Notes: generated by a model not told the origin, from the letters alone. Shown: positions 13,982 to 26,035, counted from the stretch's first letter. The stretch: 64,000 bases of DNA from Eukaryota sp. GEM-RC1 (GCA_040285855.1 JAUFOQ010000001.1:2480001-2544000), one strand, 5' to 3'. Translations and numbers: made by a program.

Positions 13982-15315
13982 ATTAATAACGACTTGAGTG
14001 TCTTCAATAACGCTCAAATAATGTCAAAATCTTTTCCATTGACTTTCTTCAATTAAAACCACCTTCCTTTTCATTTATGAGCTTTACATGATGGTTTCTC
14101 AGATTTCTGAAATCACATCACATCATGGCATGTGTTGGACTTTTGGTACTTAGTGTCGAGATGTCATTTGGAAATACTTACAATTTTAGCAAATCATTTT
14201 CTCTTTGTAGAAAGGTTCAAGCACGTATTGAGAGTACAGAAACTGGAGACAACTATTGAATGATTCCATTAACTTTTGGATTTCAGAGAATGCAAACCAT
14301 CACCACTCGGAAGTGCTCAACCAGACTTCTGTGCTCGGATATTGCCTTTGTATTGGTTTGTACCTAATTGAAGTTGCCAATGTACTTTAATTGGTCTCCA
14401 TCACTGTATGATCTTGTTTTAACTCACAGTTTATTTCCTATAACTAGAAAACAAGCGTTCTGCAATAATGGGGGATCAACCGACTACACCAGGTTATGTC
14501 TCTGATATCTCCCTTGATGATGGCGTACACGATCTACCGAGTTACATTAAGGCAGCGGATATTCACGGTCATTAAACAGTCTACATTTTGTTTTGGTGAT
14601 GATGCTTTTTTGTTGTTTTCATTTTTTCATTGATACTTAATGAATTGTTGGATATTGTTAAACAGGAAGACAAAGTACTGGTAGAGGAAGTCCCACAGCT
14701 TGCAGAAGTTGTGAAATGCATGAAACATATGAACCAAACAATGTTTCTTAAATGTGTATCTGTATGAAACATAGAGTAAGATTACGAATTCACAACCCAT
14801 TACATTCAATTGGCGTTGACCACATTCACGGATGTATATTCTTTTGAATAAAATAGTTAAGATAAAAAACCTTCTAAAATTGAATGGAAACTGAATGTAA
14901 ATCATCAAAATCACCACATGACCATTACACTCGGTACCACCATTGGCAAATTCTTCGGAGTCCCATGTGTCTCTGGCCATTGATGAACAGTTCTGTAGCA
15001 AACAACGGATTGCTGTATATGGCTGTCTTCTTGCGAGACTGTACGCTCTTTACGAGCCTGGGCATTCCCAGTGGCTGACCCAACAGCCGTTTTGGGAACT
15101 TTGTTTCGACTTTGTGATGTATTCAAACCCACCAACTAGAATACCATTTACTACGGATCACATTGTTTACGTAACATTATTCAAAATTTCCAATCTTCAG
15201 ATACAATTGGAACATCTTGAGTAAGAGCTTGATGGTATATCTTAGTTTCTCTGGACAATTCAGAAGAAGAACAGATTAACAGATGTAAATGGTCGCCATG
15301 TACTCCATGTACACC

Positions 15316-15478
15316 GCCATGCTCATGTATTAGTTCAATCATGGCATTTTTGGTTGTTTAAACTTCCTCGTTAAAAACTTCAGTTTTTTTAAGTCGTTCG
15401 AATATCAAAGATCTAATTGCATCTGTACAATTTGGAAGCCATGCTCATGTATTAGTTCAATCATGGCATTTTTGGTTG
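15316..15478. repeat. Perfect 41-bp direct repeat (15316-15356 and 15438-15478) with an 81-bp spacer
   Basis: GCCATGCTCATGTATTAGTTCAATCATGGCATTTTTGGTTG occurs twice and contains an internal GCCATG...CATGGC inverted pair. Confidence 0.9.
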
Positions 15479-15839
15479 AGTGTGACTTTAGTTAGTAAGA
15501 TGGAAACAATACACCTTAGAAGCTTCTCTAAAGATACAACTTTATTAACTGTATTGTCAACTTATCCAAGTGAAGTAGATCATCCAAGGATTCAGTCGCG
15601 TTCTTGTGAGATCAATTTTGATTTTGCTAGGCCAGAATGAAGGTTAGGTAATGTATAAAAACAATCTTGTTTAATTGTGATTTCATATTAGTTTTTCCTT
15701 TGCCATTCGCTAGGAAATCAGAGCAATAATCAGAATTAATAATCTTCGAGGTCCACAAAAAGTCCGTGAAATTCAAAGTAAACACTACTGAGACCAAGAA
15801 ATTGTTAGAAAACAAGAATAATTCCATTTATTCCCAATT

Positions 15840-16100
15840 AAGAGAAATCTTGGATTTAGATGTTGGCTAATACGTGTCTTTTGCAATGTCACAGGCCTGT
15901 TTCGCAGGAAAAATTAATCATTTTCTTCGAGATCTTCCTCCTGAAGTGACTGGTGATTTTTCAAGAAATTTTAACAAAATGAGAACAAATTTTACGGGTA
16001 TTTTAATAGGCAATGGTGATTCATTACCTAGTGATTTAATTGGCCCAGGTTAAATTGTCAAGAAGTTGTTTTGGAGTTCGCCACTGTGGATTTATGTAAT
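15840..16100 (+). mobile_element. Non-LTR retrotransposon remnant (post-RT region joined to an RLE fragment)
   Basis: Translates in part as GKINHFLRDLPPEVTGDFSRNFNKMR. 16030-16100 (DLIGP..NCQEVVLEFATVDL) matches 38420-38490 and 57350-57420. Confidence 0.55.
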
Positions 16101-16787
16101 GGTACTAAAATAAAATAACTAAAATACTTGAGGTCAACAATCAACAATAAAATTTATACTATACTTTACTACTTCACTCAATGAACATTCATTGTCATTG
16201 CATCCAACAGAGGCATTTCCTGTATAAAACTTTTTACTACTTAAAAGATCGTTTGAAAATGTCTTAAGACCATAAAGTTGAATCAAGTGGTGATCTCTAC
16301 TATGCGTGGTGTCGTGGTAGGTGGAGACTTTTTGTATAGATCTATACAAATTTATGTTAGCTTGAGTTTTTTATATAAAAAACAATAAATTGTATTTTTT
16401 CTAAAACCTAGGTTAGGGTTAGAATTAGGGTTGTTGGATTGAGGCCATTTTTTCTCTGCGATTTGGAAACGTCCGATAAGTACTTTGGTTAAATTATTTA
16501 GAGACTCAGTACGTTGGGAAAACAGTATAGGTTAGGAACTAATTAATGTTGTATGATCCTGTGTTTTGAAAGAAATGCAGACGGACTGTAATCACTACTA
16601 TTTAATAGCACGACATTTATTTTAGAATACTTAACAGCGTGTGTTTGTTTGAATTTAAATAGATCTAGTAGGATAATTAGTAGCAATTACGGGCGTCCAG
16701 TAATCACAATAAGTGCAAGGCCTTGTAAGGGGCAACTTCAATGAGTTAAAAAGTTTTCTTCCATCAAACTCAGGTATCCTGCACTCC

Positions 16788-18284
16788 ATGGCATCGTTGT
16801 TCCTCCGAGTTGGTCCCAAAGATGTAGTTGGTAGCCCCCAGTGTCCTGTACAATTATTCAATGACTCCGCGCTATCTTCCACTGTTTCCGCAGAGTTATC
16901 CGTTTCTCCCTCCGTAACGTCCTCTGTCACAGTGTCTTCATTCTGCGAAAACACTGATTGGACCTGGTTCTATAACGTTGAACTCGCCTCTGTTCTAGTC
17001 AACTTTTCCCTCTATATAGACGGCCAACTACACGCTCGTTGCTCTCTCATCCATTCCGACCTTCTCGCTCTCCATGGAACACTCGCCCGCCCCCTCGTCT
17101 CCACTGCCCTCGATGTCATTGGTACAGTGGTCTTCTCATTCCACGTAGTTCTCCCCTACTCCCCACCTTCTTCTAAACTCAACTACTCTACCCTTTCTCT
17201 CTCCTCCATAACATCTCGCAAACACCCTCTCCGCATTGGTCATCGAGGTGCCGGCAACAGCAGCAAACGCATCGACAACTTCCGTGCTTCTGTTCAAGAA
17301 AACACTCTCCTCTCTTTCCACTCTGCCTCAGAACACGTCCAATGGCTCGAACTCGACGTCCAACTCACCTCTGACAACATCCCTGTTCTTCTCCACGACT
17401 GGTTCATTCTAGACTACAACTCTGATGACGAGGAACAAATAGAATATACTCCCATCCATGACTTGAGTTTGAAAAGTGTCTGGCATATGACTGATCATTG
17501 CAGGTCTACCAAAACAATCAAGCCAAACTGTGGCAGAAAGAGCTTGGACTTTGTTGACCATAACTCTAAGGAAGCTTCCTCACCTATCCCTAAATCACGT
17601 TCTTCCAAAGCCCTATCACGTGAGTTCTCAACTGCCATATCATCACCACGTCGTCAATTGACTTCCAAAGACCCTCTGACTACCAATCCTCCACCTCTTC
17701 CTTCAATTAGAGATGTTATTCCTACCTTGGAGAAGGTATTGAAGTCACTCCCCATGCGTACTGGACTAAACATTGAAGTAAAGTATCCGGATGGTATGTT
17801 AATGACAAAGTATCCGAAGTTATCTTATCCTGAGAGGAATAGATTCTGTGATATCATTTTAGATGTCTGTTACAGATTTGGCAAGTCTAGACCAATCATT
17901 TTTTCATCGTTTGACCCTGATGTTTGTTCTTGTTTAAAGTTGAAGCAGACTACGTGGCCTGTTTTTTTCTTGACTGCTGCTGGACATGAGGATCATTCAG
18001 ATGTACGTATGCAAATGTTGCAGGATGCAGTGACTTGGGCAAAGCTTGTTGGATTGGAGGGAATTGTGTCTGAGTGCGATGCTTTGATTGATGATCCTAG
18101 TTGGATTAGGAAGGTGATTGATGAAGGATTGGTCTTGTTTAGTTATGGGGGTCGGAATAATGATGTGGAAGGGATCAAACTACAAGTTGATCATGGAATT
18201 CATGGAGTTATTAGTGATTCTGTTAGAAATTTGGTTAATGTTATTCCTTTAGAAGACCAGAATGAAGTTTTGGTAAATAATTAA
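16788..18284 (+). CDS. Glycerophosphodiester phosphodiesterase (GDPD; GDE1/GPCPD1-like)
   Basis: IGHRGAG, ENTLLSF, WLELDVQLTSDNIPVLLHD, IPTLEKVL, GLNIEVKYP, FSSFDPD, GVISD motifs; first ATG at 16788. Confidence 0.92.
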   Translation: MASLFLRVGPKDVVGSPQCPVQLFNDSALSSTVSAELSVSPSVTSSVTVSSFCENTDWTWFYNVELASVLVNFSLYIDGQLHARCSLIHSDLLALHGTLARPLVSTALDVIGTVVFSFHVVLPYSPPSSKLNYSTLSLSSITSRKHPLRIGHRGAGNSSKRIDNFRASVQENTLLSFHSASEHVQWLELDVQLTSDNIPVLLHDWFILDYNSDDEEQIEYTPIHDLSLKSVWHMTDHCRSTKTIKPNCGRKSLDFVDHNSKEASSPIPKSRSSKALSREFSTAISSPRRQLTSKDPLTTNPPPLPSIRDVIPTLEKVLKSLPMRTGLNIEVKYPDGMLMTKYPKLSYPERNRFCDIILDVCYRFGKSRPIIFSSFDPDVCSCLKLKQTTWPVFFLTAAGHEDHSDVRMQMLQDAVTWAKLVGLEGIVSECDALIDDPSWIRKVIDEGLVLFSYGGRNNDVEGIKLQVDHGIHGVISDSVRNLVNVIPLEDQNEVLVNN

Positions 18285-18612
18285 GTTATTAATGTCGTTT
18301 GACATTTTGGTTGTTTACCTTAGATGATGTATAAGTAAAGAGATTGAGTGGTTTTGTAGTGTGATTAAGAGAGAGTTTAACTTTTATCATACCTGTAAAT
18401 TTTTGTATACTGTTTGTGTCATTTCTATTCACATATATATTAGTTTGAATCGACGATGTTCTTTAGATCTTGAATGAAATAGATCTCCACGTACATCAAG
18501 ATTTCGTTAACAACATCAATGGGGAAGTTAGGTGTATGAGTGACATGATAGAAGTCAAGATCAATGATCATTGATCTAAATCTGGAATTCTAATTTTTCC
18601 TTCCAGACTCAA

Positions 18613-20141
18613 ATGCCTCTTGATCCTTCTCTTATACAAAAATTGTCTTCTACAGACTACGTCATCAATGAAGGCTTTGTTGATGGAATGAAACGACCTG
18701 CTCGCTTTTTCCTTAATGACACTCTTATCGCTGGCGTCTATGATGAACTTGCTCATGCTCAACAACAATCAGGAGGTGGCTTTCTCCCTGCTCTTCAACA
18801 ACTTGCTAATGTTGCCACACTCCCAGGTCAAGCTGGAATGCCTGTTGCTCTTCCCGATATGCACAGCGGTTACGGTTTCCCCATTGGTGCTGTAATGGCA
18901 AGCGATCTAGACCACCCCGATGCCGTCATCTGCCCTGGAGGAATCGGCTTTGACATCAACTGCGGAGTCCGTCTCATCGTAACTAACCTTACCTCTCAAG
19001 ACATTGAACCTGTTAAAAAAGAACTAGCCGATACTCTTTTCACGAATATCCCTGTTGGTGTGGGAACTGGAGGAACCGTTAAACTATCCCGTATCGACCT
19101 CGAAGAAATCCTCAACACTGGAGTAGCATGGGCTATCAAGAAGGGATTCGCTTGGCCTGAGGATGCTACCTTCTGTGAGGAGGAAGGAAGCATGAAGTCT
19201 GCTAATCACAACAAAGTCTCACAACGAGCTAAGAAAAGAGGAATGACTCAGTTAGGAACAGTTTGTCTCTATTCTCTTCTCTCTCACCACAGTTAGGAGC
19301 TGGTAATCACTACCTAGAAGTCCAGTCAGTCCGTGAAGTTTTTGATACTGAGACTGCTGAAGTCTATGGGCTGTCACAAGATCAGGTCTGTGTTATGATT
19401 CACTGTGGTTCACGAGGACTTGGACATCAAGTTGCTTCAGACTCTATACAAGTCATGGAACAGTACATGAGGAAGCAAAAGGTCAAACTCAACGATCGTC
19501 AACTTGCCTATGCTCCTTTCCATTCTCCTGAGGGTCAGGATTACTTCGCTGCAATGAGTGCAAGTGCTAATTATGCTTGGTGTAACAGACAGGTCATTAC
19601 GCATCTTGTACGTGAATCCTTTTCTCAAGTGTTTGGGCGAACTCCAAAGGAACTCGGAATGTATTTAATGTATGATGTTTCTCATAATGTGGCTAAGATT
19701 GAACAACTCATGATTAATCAGAAACTGACTACTTGCCTAGTTCATCGAAAGGGATCAACACGAGCTCTACCTAAGAATCATGAGTTTGTACCTACCCCTT
19801 ATAAGTCTGTTGGTCATCCAGTTTTGGTAGGAGGTACCATGAGTGATTCTAGCTATGTGTTAGCTGGTAATGCTCAAGGAATTGTTACATATTATTCATC
19901 TTGTCATGGAGCAGGTAGGGCTTTGTCAAGGGCTGAGGCTAGGCGTACTTTGACTCATGAAAGTGTTTTGCAGATGTTGAAGAGGAAGAATATCGAGATT
20001 AGAGTTGGTACTCCAAAGTTAGTAATGGAGGAGGCTTCTGAAAGTTATAAAAGTGTTGATGAAGTTGTTGACACGTGTCAAGTTGCTGGTTTGTCTCGGA
20101 AGGTGATTAGATTGCAACCTTTAGTTGTTGTTAAGGGTTAG
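18613..20141 (+). CDS. RTCB: RNA-splicing ligase RtcB; two exons, 18613-19260 and 19293-20141
   Basis: PDMHSGYGFPIG, GFDINCGVR, QLGT|LGAGNHY, HCGSRGLGHQ, HNVAK, HRKGSTRA, CHGAGR and terminal VVKG. Removing a 32-nt intron restores the frame. Confidence 0.97.
19261..19292 (+). other. 32-nt spliceosomal intron in RtcB
   Basis: GTTTGTCTCTATTCTCTTCTCTCTCACCACAG; pyrimidine-rich GT-AG; removal gives the conserved GTLGAGNHY. Confidence 0.93.
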
Positions 20142-20356
20142 ATGATGTAAGTGATAAAATGTACATGAAACTGTTTTAATTGGAAAGTATTTATATTACA
20201 CTTTAATGGACCAGTACAAGTATTCTGATTGCAATTAAACAACACTTCAGAACATGACTTTCAGCTTCGATTCTTACTAAATGACATCACCAGCAATTGA
20301 TAATGATAATTTCTGGTATTTTAGTGATCTTTATACAAACAAAGACGGTATCAACT

Positions 20357-21886
20357 TTATTCAACTATTTCAAGTCCATGATCTCTATGAGGTAAGTAAG
20401 CATATGGAAAGTAATTACCACTACTTAATCTGGGAAGAGTTCCAGTAAGATTAATTGAAGAATTACTCACGGATTTGATTGTTAAAGTGTGGTTAATGAG
20501 ATTTACATTGATTTCGAGTAATTCACCAGGATTCCACTGAGTTTTGTCTCCTGAGAGACAACCCCTAACACGATTACCATTGTAGAAACAGTGAGCATTC
20601 TGATAACAATTACCTTCGACACTAAACTTTGACTCGTCAATGACTCCAACAAAAAGACCACTAGTATGCCCCTGGTACCTCATCTTCCAAGTATACTCAT
20701 TACCTGGAAGAAGTGGATCTTCTCCCAAGATATTTCTATCCACAATACCACCACTTCCAACAACAACTCTCTTTCTATCCCCACTTACTTGTAACTGAGA
20801 ATGTTTCTTAGTTGGGGAGAATCTAATTACTTTTGATTGAGGAACTGATTGAGACATTACTTGAGTTTCTGTAGTTGTCTTTTTAAGTTGTTCAATTTCT
20901 TGTTTTAGTTTAGCAATTGTTTTAGACTTTGTAGTAGTTAAATTCTGAATATCAGTTGTTAAACCAGCATTGTTTGTTTCTAACTCAGAAATTGTTGTCT
21001 TCAAATCATGATTTTCCGTTGTTAAATCAGTGGTAAGTGTGTTTAAGTCAGAATTGTTACTTTCTAAATCCGAACATTTGGTGGTTAATTCAGAATTTTC
21101 TTCTTTTAAATCAGAAACTTCCTTCACCAAAGAGTCAAAATAAAGATTCTTAACTCTTGTAAACAAAAACTTCATCAAATCGGCTTCCAATTCTTCAACA
21201 TCTTTTAAAGGAACAAATAGAAACTCATCCCATTGTTGAAAAGAAAAGGCTTCAATTGAACAAGAATTTAGAACACTTAAAAACTCATTCAAATCAAAAC
21301 TCTGATTCAAAATTGATTCCACCGTTGATTTGATGAACCACGATTGAGATTGAGTGGAAGTGCAGTATTTGCAAAGAGTTTTTAACCCTTCAGTAGTGAT
21401 TGCCATCACGTCATCAATCAACAGGTCATCAATCTTAGAAAAGAAAGGACCAACGTATTCCAGAGCTCTCAAGTCATTTCTTTCATCTGCTTCTTTAATG
21501 AATGGTTTTAACCAAGCCCAGGTTACGAGATGAGTGTTGAGGTGGTTTTCAACTTGTACGATCAGTTTTTCAACTTGGAAGTAGTGGACAAGGTAGTAGA
21601 AGTCGTAAGCATTGTTTTCATTGAGAGTGAAAGATCGTCCGAAGAAGGACTTGATGAAGGCAAGAAAGTTGTTGGAATCAACAGGGAGATGGGAGAAGTC
21701 GATTGGGTTTTCGTCTCTATCACCAAACTCCAAGAACCAAAGAGATCGAAAGTAGGTAGAATGAGCAGCAAGGATGATTCTGTGTACTTCAATAGACTCT
21801 TCTCCAAATGTAATGGTTTGATTACAGAGGGAAGGTTCATCGAGAATGATGGACAGAGTTTCTGCTGGGGGAAGGGAAAACGACAT
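20357..21886 (-). CDS. BTB/POZ-coiled-coil-SPRY/B30.2-like protein, copy 1
   Basis: BTB motifs VHRIILAAHSTYFRSL and YYLVHYFQVEKL; heptad region; beta-rich C-terminal domain (YTWKMRY, VGVIDES, GELLEINVNL...LTIK, YFPY). Start MSFSLPP is shared with paralogs. Confidence 0.88.
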   Translation of the reverse strand: MSFSLPPAETLSIILDEPSLCNQTITFGEESIEVHRIILAAHSTYFRSLWFLEFGDRDENPIDFSHLPVDSNNFLAFIKSFFGRSFTLNENNAYDFYYLVHYFQVEKLIVQVENHLNTHLVTWAWLKPFIKEADERNDLRALEYVGPFFSKIDDLLIDDVMAITTEGLKTLCKYCTSTQSQSWFIKSTVESILNQSFDLNEFLSVLNSCSIEAFSFQQWDEFLFVPLKDVEELEADLMKFLFTRVKNLYFDSLVKEVSDLKEENSELTTKCSDLESNNSDLNTLTTDLTTENHDLKTTISELETNNAGLTTDIQNLTTTKSKTIAKLKQEIEQLKKTTTETQVMSQSVPQSKVIRFSPTKKHSQLQVSGDRKRVVVGSGGIVDRNILGEDPLLPGNEYTWKMRYQGHTSGLFVGVIDESKFSVEGNCYQNAHCFYNGNRVRGCLSGDKTQWNPGELLEINVNLINHTLTIKSVSNSSINLTGTLPRLSSGNYFPYAYLPHRDHGLEIVE

Positions 21887-21965
21887 CAGAATCAATGCAA
21901 AAGGAGATGAGAAATGGTTCAGTGAATCACAACTCAAAAAACAACAAAACAGTGACATCATACCA

Positions 21966-22750
21966 CTGTAATATTGGTTATCAACCAATATTATTGGTCA
22001 ATATTGCAATATAGGTAAACCTGAGGAATAAAGAAAATTTATCAAGATCCACTTCTAAATTTATTAAATATAAAAAATAGAACTACTGTAAATAAGAGTT
22101 TATTTTCAACAATACATTAATACAGATTCTAATTCTGAAAATAAAACTAAAGATTTATGTAGATGTATATTGATTAATTGTATTCAATAAGCTCATCTTC
22201 TGGGGACCAATTCACAACACACGCTTTACGAACAGTTCCAACGTCACATAGACTTCTGTTGTAAGGCAACCAAAGTTGAGCTCTTCCTGTCATTCATCAT
22301 GTTGGTAAACATAAAAATAAGATTCGTCCAGCCAGAGCCTCTTTCTCGACAGCGACGTTCCCCACAACATTCCCATTCTTCAGTATTGTCGTCAGAGATT
22401 TGACACAGATTGTTTTATTACCAGGTAATAATCTTTCATCAAAGTAATGATTATGTTCCGAAGTAATTTTTCGTTGATTCTATCAATTCTATTTTATACA
22501 AATGTTAAGAGTAAGCTCAGAAGTAAACTGAAGAATTTCAACCATAATTTTATATCTTCTGTTAATTTGACACATTTTCTAATAAAGTAAGTTGTTATCT
22601 CAACTGTGCTAAGAAGTTCAATGAATGTGCAGCTGATAGAAACTCATACACTTTGTCCTTGTGATGTTAAACAATACCTGAACATCCATATTGATCAATA
22701 ATGCCAATGTATTGGTATTGGTTGTTCGGCAAACGATCAATATTGGTACA
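21966..22750. mobile_element. Decayed copy of the CAGGG-TIR hAT-derived family
   Basis: Collinear similarity with 43333-44120, e.g. AAGCTCATCT..GGGGACCAA.TCACAAC and CATTCCCATTCTTCAGTATTGTCG; terminal CAGGG lost. Confidence 0.7.
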
Positions 22751-22990
22751 GTAAACTCTCTCTAATTGAAAACTCTCTGAAATTGCAACAAAAACCCATG
22801 CCACCAAGTAAAACAATACCAAATTGAAAATTGGAAACAATTGAAACACTTTTTGAGACCTAATTGAAATATTGAAGTCAACGTTATGCTGTATTCTGGG
22901 TTTCGCATCTATAGCTAGTTGCTATTAATTGATCTTAGTGTGGAGAAAGAGGAAGACGTTGTTGTATTTCATAAATCCTACAGTACTCTT

Positions 22991-23871
22991 TAGAGTTGGC
23001 AAACGACGTGACGAGTCATGACTTTTTCATGACGTGACGCGACTTGAAGTCACGTCAACTTGGGTTTTTTCCAATGACTTGAAGTCACGTCGACTTGGTT
23101 TTGGTAACGACGTCATGACGTCGTCGTGACTTTTGGGTCTGTTTATTTATATTCTTTTATTGTATTTGATTATGGGTTATTTGTTACACATGGGTGTTAC
23201 TTTACCCCTTCTCTTTTATAAAAATGATAGATGTCATTGTGTGACTCATATTGTGTTGCTTCAAATTATTACTTAAATGATTTTATTACGCTTCTCAGTG
23301 TTTGCAACTCTCGCAGTTCATGTTCGTAATGAAGAGGTCCTATTATTTGATGCAACAGTGGAAGAAGGCCGCTGATGAATTGAATGTCGAATCAGTACGA
23401 ATAGTTTATAGAAATCAGATGTTGTTACAAGATGGAATTCCACATTTTTAATAATCCAGTCTTATCAAAAATTACTTAGACCTATTAATATTGTCATCTC
23501 TAACAAAGATGCTAAGCTTAGAACGCTTAAGGTCACTACTGATGGATTCGCAACTGTCAAGTCAATCGGAAAAATTCATCCGTACCAAGTGAACGGTTGT
23601 TTACACAAGCAGGTCTCACAGTTAATGATAGAGAAACTAGTTTGAGTTACAGTTATGTACAATCACAACTTTGTTTGAACTCATGGAATGATTTGTAGCC
23701 AGTAGAATTTTTGGAAAAATGTGTCAATATTTACTTCAAAAGTCATGTAACGATGACGATGACGTGACTTGACGTGACGATGACGTGACTTGGTTTTGTT
23801 GGTAGTCACGTCACGTCGACTTGGCCTGACATCGTCATGACTCGTCACGACGTCGTCATTTGCCAACTCTA
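22991..23871 (+). mobile_element. Internally deleted hAT DNA transposon with intact ends
   Basis: TIR TAGAGTTGGCAAA...TTTGCCAACTCTA; perfect 8-bp TSD GTACTCTT (22983-22990 and 23872-23879); subterminal TGACG/GTCAC repeats; transposase remnants HCVTH (CxxH), DVVTRWNSTF and VPSERLFTQAG. Confidence 0.95.
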
Positions 23872-24066
23872 GTACTCTTCTGCTTTTTCCCATCATCAAC
23901 TTCAATAAACCGTACACAGTACTGAACATCAACCAAAAGTCAAATACAAAAGCATGCTCGTCAATATTTTGAAGACGATGAAAATACAGAAACTGTAACT
24001 GCAGAACCTTTCCCCAAAAAAAGAACTGAATCATTGTTTGAGAATTTTCTCCAATCGTGTTGAAAT

Positions 24067-25144
24067 CATAGTTGGCAATCACGTATCACAGCGTGTGATC
24101 ACATAAATCACATTGTGTTCAAAATGTGTGATCACAAAGTGATTTGTAATTACCAAATAACAAAGTTTAACCAAATCTATTATTAACGTATACTCAATCT
24201 AAGTTGGAAAACAGCATTTGTCAATTTATTAACATACACGTAGCTTTGAGACAAGCCAAAAATCTTTGAACAATCAATTATCAATTAACAATCACGAAGG
24301 TAATTGCCTTTTTAATTTGATATTTGCTTTGATATTGGATTTTCACATGTCCAAATGACATCTGTGACTGTCAAAGTGAGAGCCAAAGAGATTGTGTCCA
24401 TCTTTTAACTTTCCGTTGTTAAAACACGAATAGAAAGTACCACTACCATCGCTCAAACACTGCTTGTACTTCAACGGATTCAATACATTCAGACAAACTG
24501 ATCTCCTTTATCGTGATCATTACGTTTTTACGTTGAAAAGGTCTGTTATTTTGGCTTCTTGTTTCAGCATCGGTAAACTGAATACAGAATACAAGTACAG
24601 TACAGAACACGGTATTAAGTATATTTTAGATATCGCAGTTTCAAGTGTCAATCCAACGTGTATCGTAACTAAAAGAATGTGTTCAAATAGTATTTATTTA
24701 GTGACATTGATACAATTAAGTAGAAAAACTATAGTCTTGAATATCGATCAAATTTGCTCGTCGTACACTTCTTTTAGTTGATTTTGAGTTTTTGTTTCTA
24801 CGCGTTTTTCCTACACATTGAGAAATTAACTCCACATCTAAATCTTCATCTACATCGTCAAAAACACTCACTGGAGTTTCTGAAATCTCTTAGTGAACAA
24901 TTGGTTCGACTTCAACTATTCCTTCATCATCATCATCATCTTCAAAGACCGGTAGTAAGCATTCTAACTCGGAATCCGTGTAATAACTTATTATACATTT
25001 TATAAATAAATAACAAAGTTATTATTCATAATCTAATTTTATGCAGACTGTATGAAATTGTGATCCGTGTTATCACAAAGTGTGATTGTGATTTGTGTGA
25101 TCACAATCACATTTTTGGAAAAAATGGTGTGATTGCCAACTATA
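24067..25144. mobile_element. Non-autonomous hAT element
   Basis: TIR CATAGTTGGCAATCAC...GTGATTGCCAACTATA; perfect 8-bp TSD GTTGAAAT (24059-24066 and 25145-25152); subterminal GTGATCAC repeats; minus-strand remnant LTVTDVIWT resembles the first catalytic-Asp motif. Confidence 0.9.
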
Positions 25145-25776
25145 GTTGAAATACATTAGTTTAATGACTTCACTGTTCTAAATCAAGTGATGATAGATCT
25201 TCCAGTAGTGCTGGGGGGAAAGAGGGAGAAAATGTGGTTCATTTTTTTGTCACCCTTGCGAAATATAAACGAAACACTTTCTATGTACCATTGTATAATG
25301 AGTACTGTCGATCTTAAGTACAAGTCTCTTTTAAAAGCGGGATGATAAATTGAGTCAAGCTAATAACATTTGTTCAAGTTCGAGCACTTATGGTAGTTGT
25401 GTTGTGGATCAGACTTGTTAATTTGCTCTTGCACACTAATTAATAACATATTTGATGTTCTGGAATAAATGTGGATGTTGTATTTAGTTTAGGGTAGATT
25501 TATAGGAACTCTCTGTAATTGAAACGATACTCCATTCACCAAGTCGTTTCAATTAGAGAAAGTTGAATGTACATATTTATTGGCAATATTGAATTGGCAA
25601 TTCAATATTTCAGATCCCTGGTCATGATACAACACTGCATATTACTGTAGATTTCCAATGTTACTACTTTAAGAGGAAATCGTTAAGGTTGGTGATTACT
25701 CTCGCTGGCATGTGGAGAAACTTCATTTTTGGCTTGATTAATTGCACTTTTTTTTCATGGACTATAATCAGAACCG

Positions 25777-26035
25777 CATATCAACCATACTTCGACTACG
25801 TGTTGTTGAAGTATTAATAGAAATCCTATGTTTATAAATCCTATCTTTTGACTTTCACTGCCTATCACTAACAGGAATTTTGACCACCAGACTCCACCCA
25901 ACAACACGTGAGAATCTCTTATAACTAATCGCTGAAACTCTACATTTTATCCAATATACTCATTAACTTAGACATTGTTTAGAACAACTTACAAAGTGGA
26001 GTAAAAATGATTGGAAGGTGAAGTTAAGAGTAAAA
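25777..26035. repeat. About 260-bp dispersed repeat; inverted copy at ~39490-39760
   Basis: CAGGAATTTTGACCACCAGACTCCACCCAACAACAC and its flanks match the reverse complement at ~39490-39760. Confidence 0.85.

Noticed and set aside
14100..15300. Cluster of short overlapping ORFs, possibly a decayed transposase
   Set aside because: No motif could be recognised with confidence; left unassigned.
15316..15478. CRISPR array
   Set aside because: Only two repeats, an 81-bp spacer, no cas genes and a eukaryotic context.
16388..16412. Interstitial telomeric repeat (TTAGGG twice within a degenerate run)
   Set aside because: Too short and degenerate to distinguish from chance.
16788..20141. GDPD plus RtcB as a functional RNA-repair operon
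   Set aside because: Both are ordinary eukaryotic housekeeping genes; adjacency alone is not evidence of a system.
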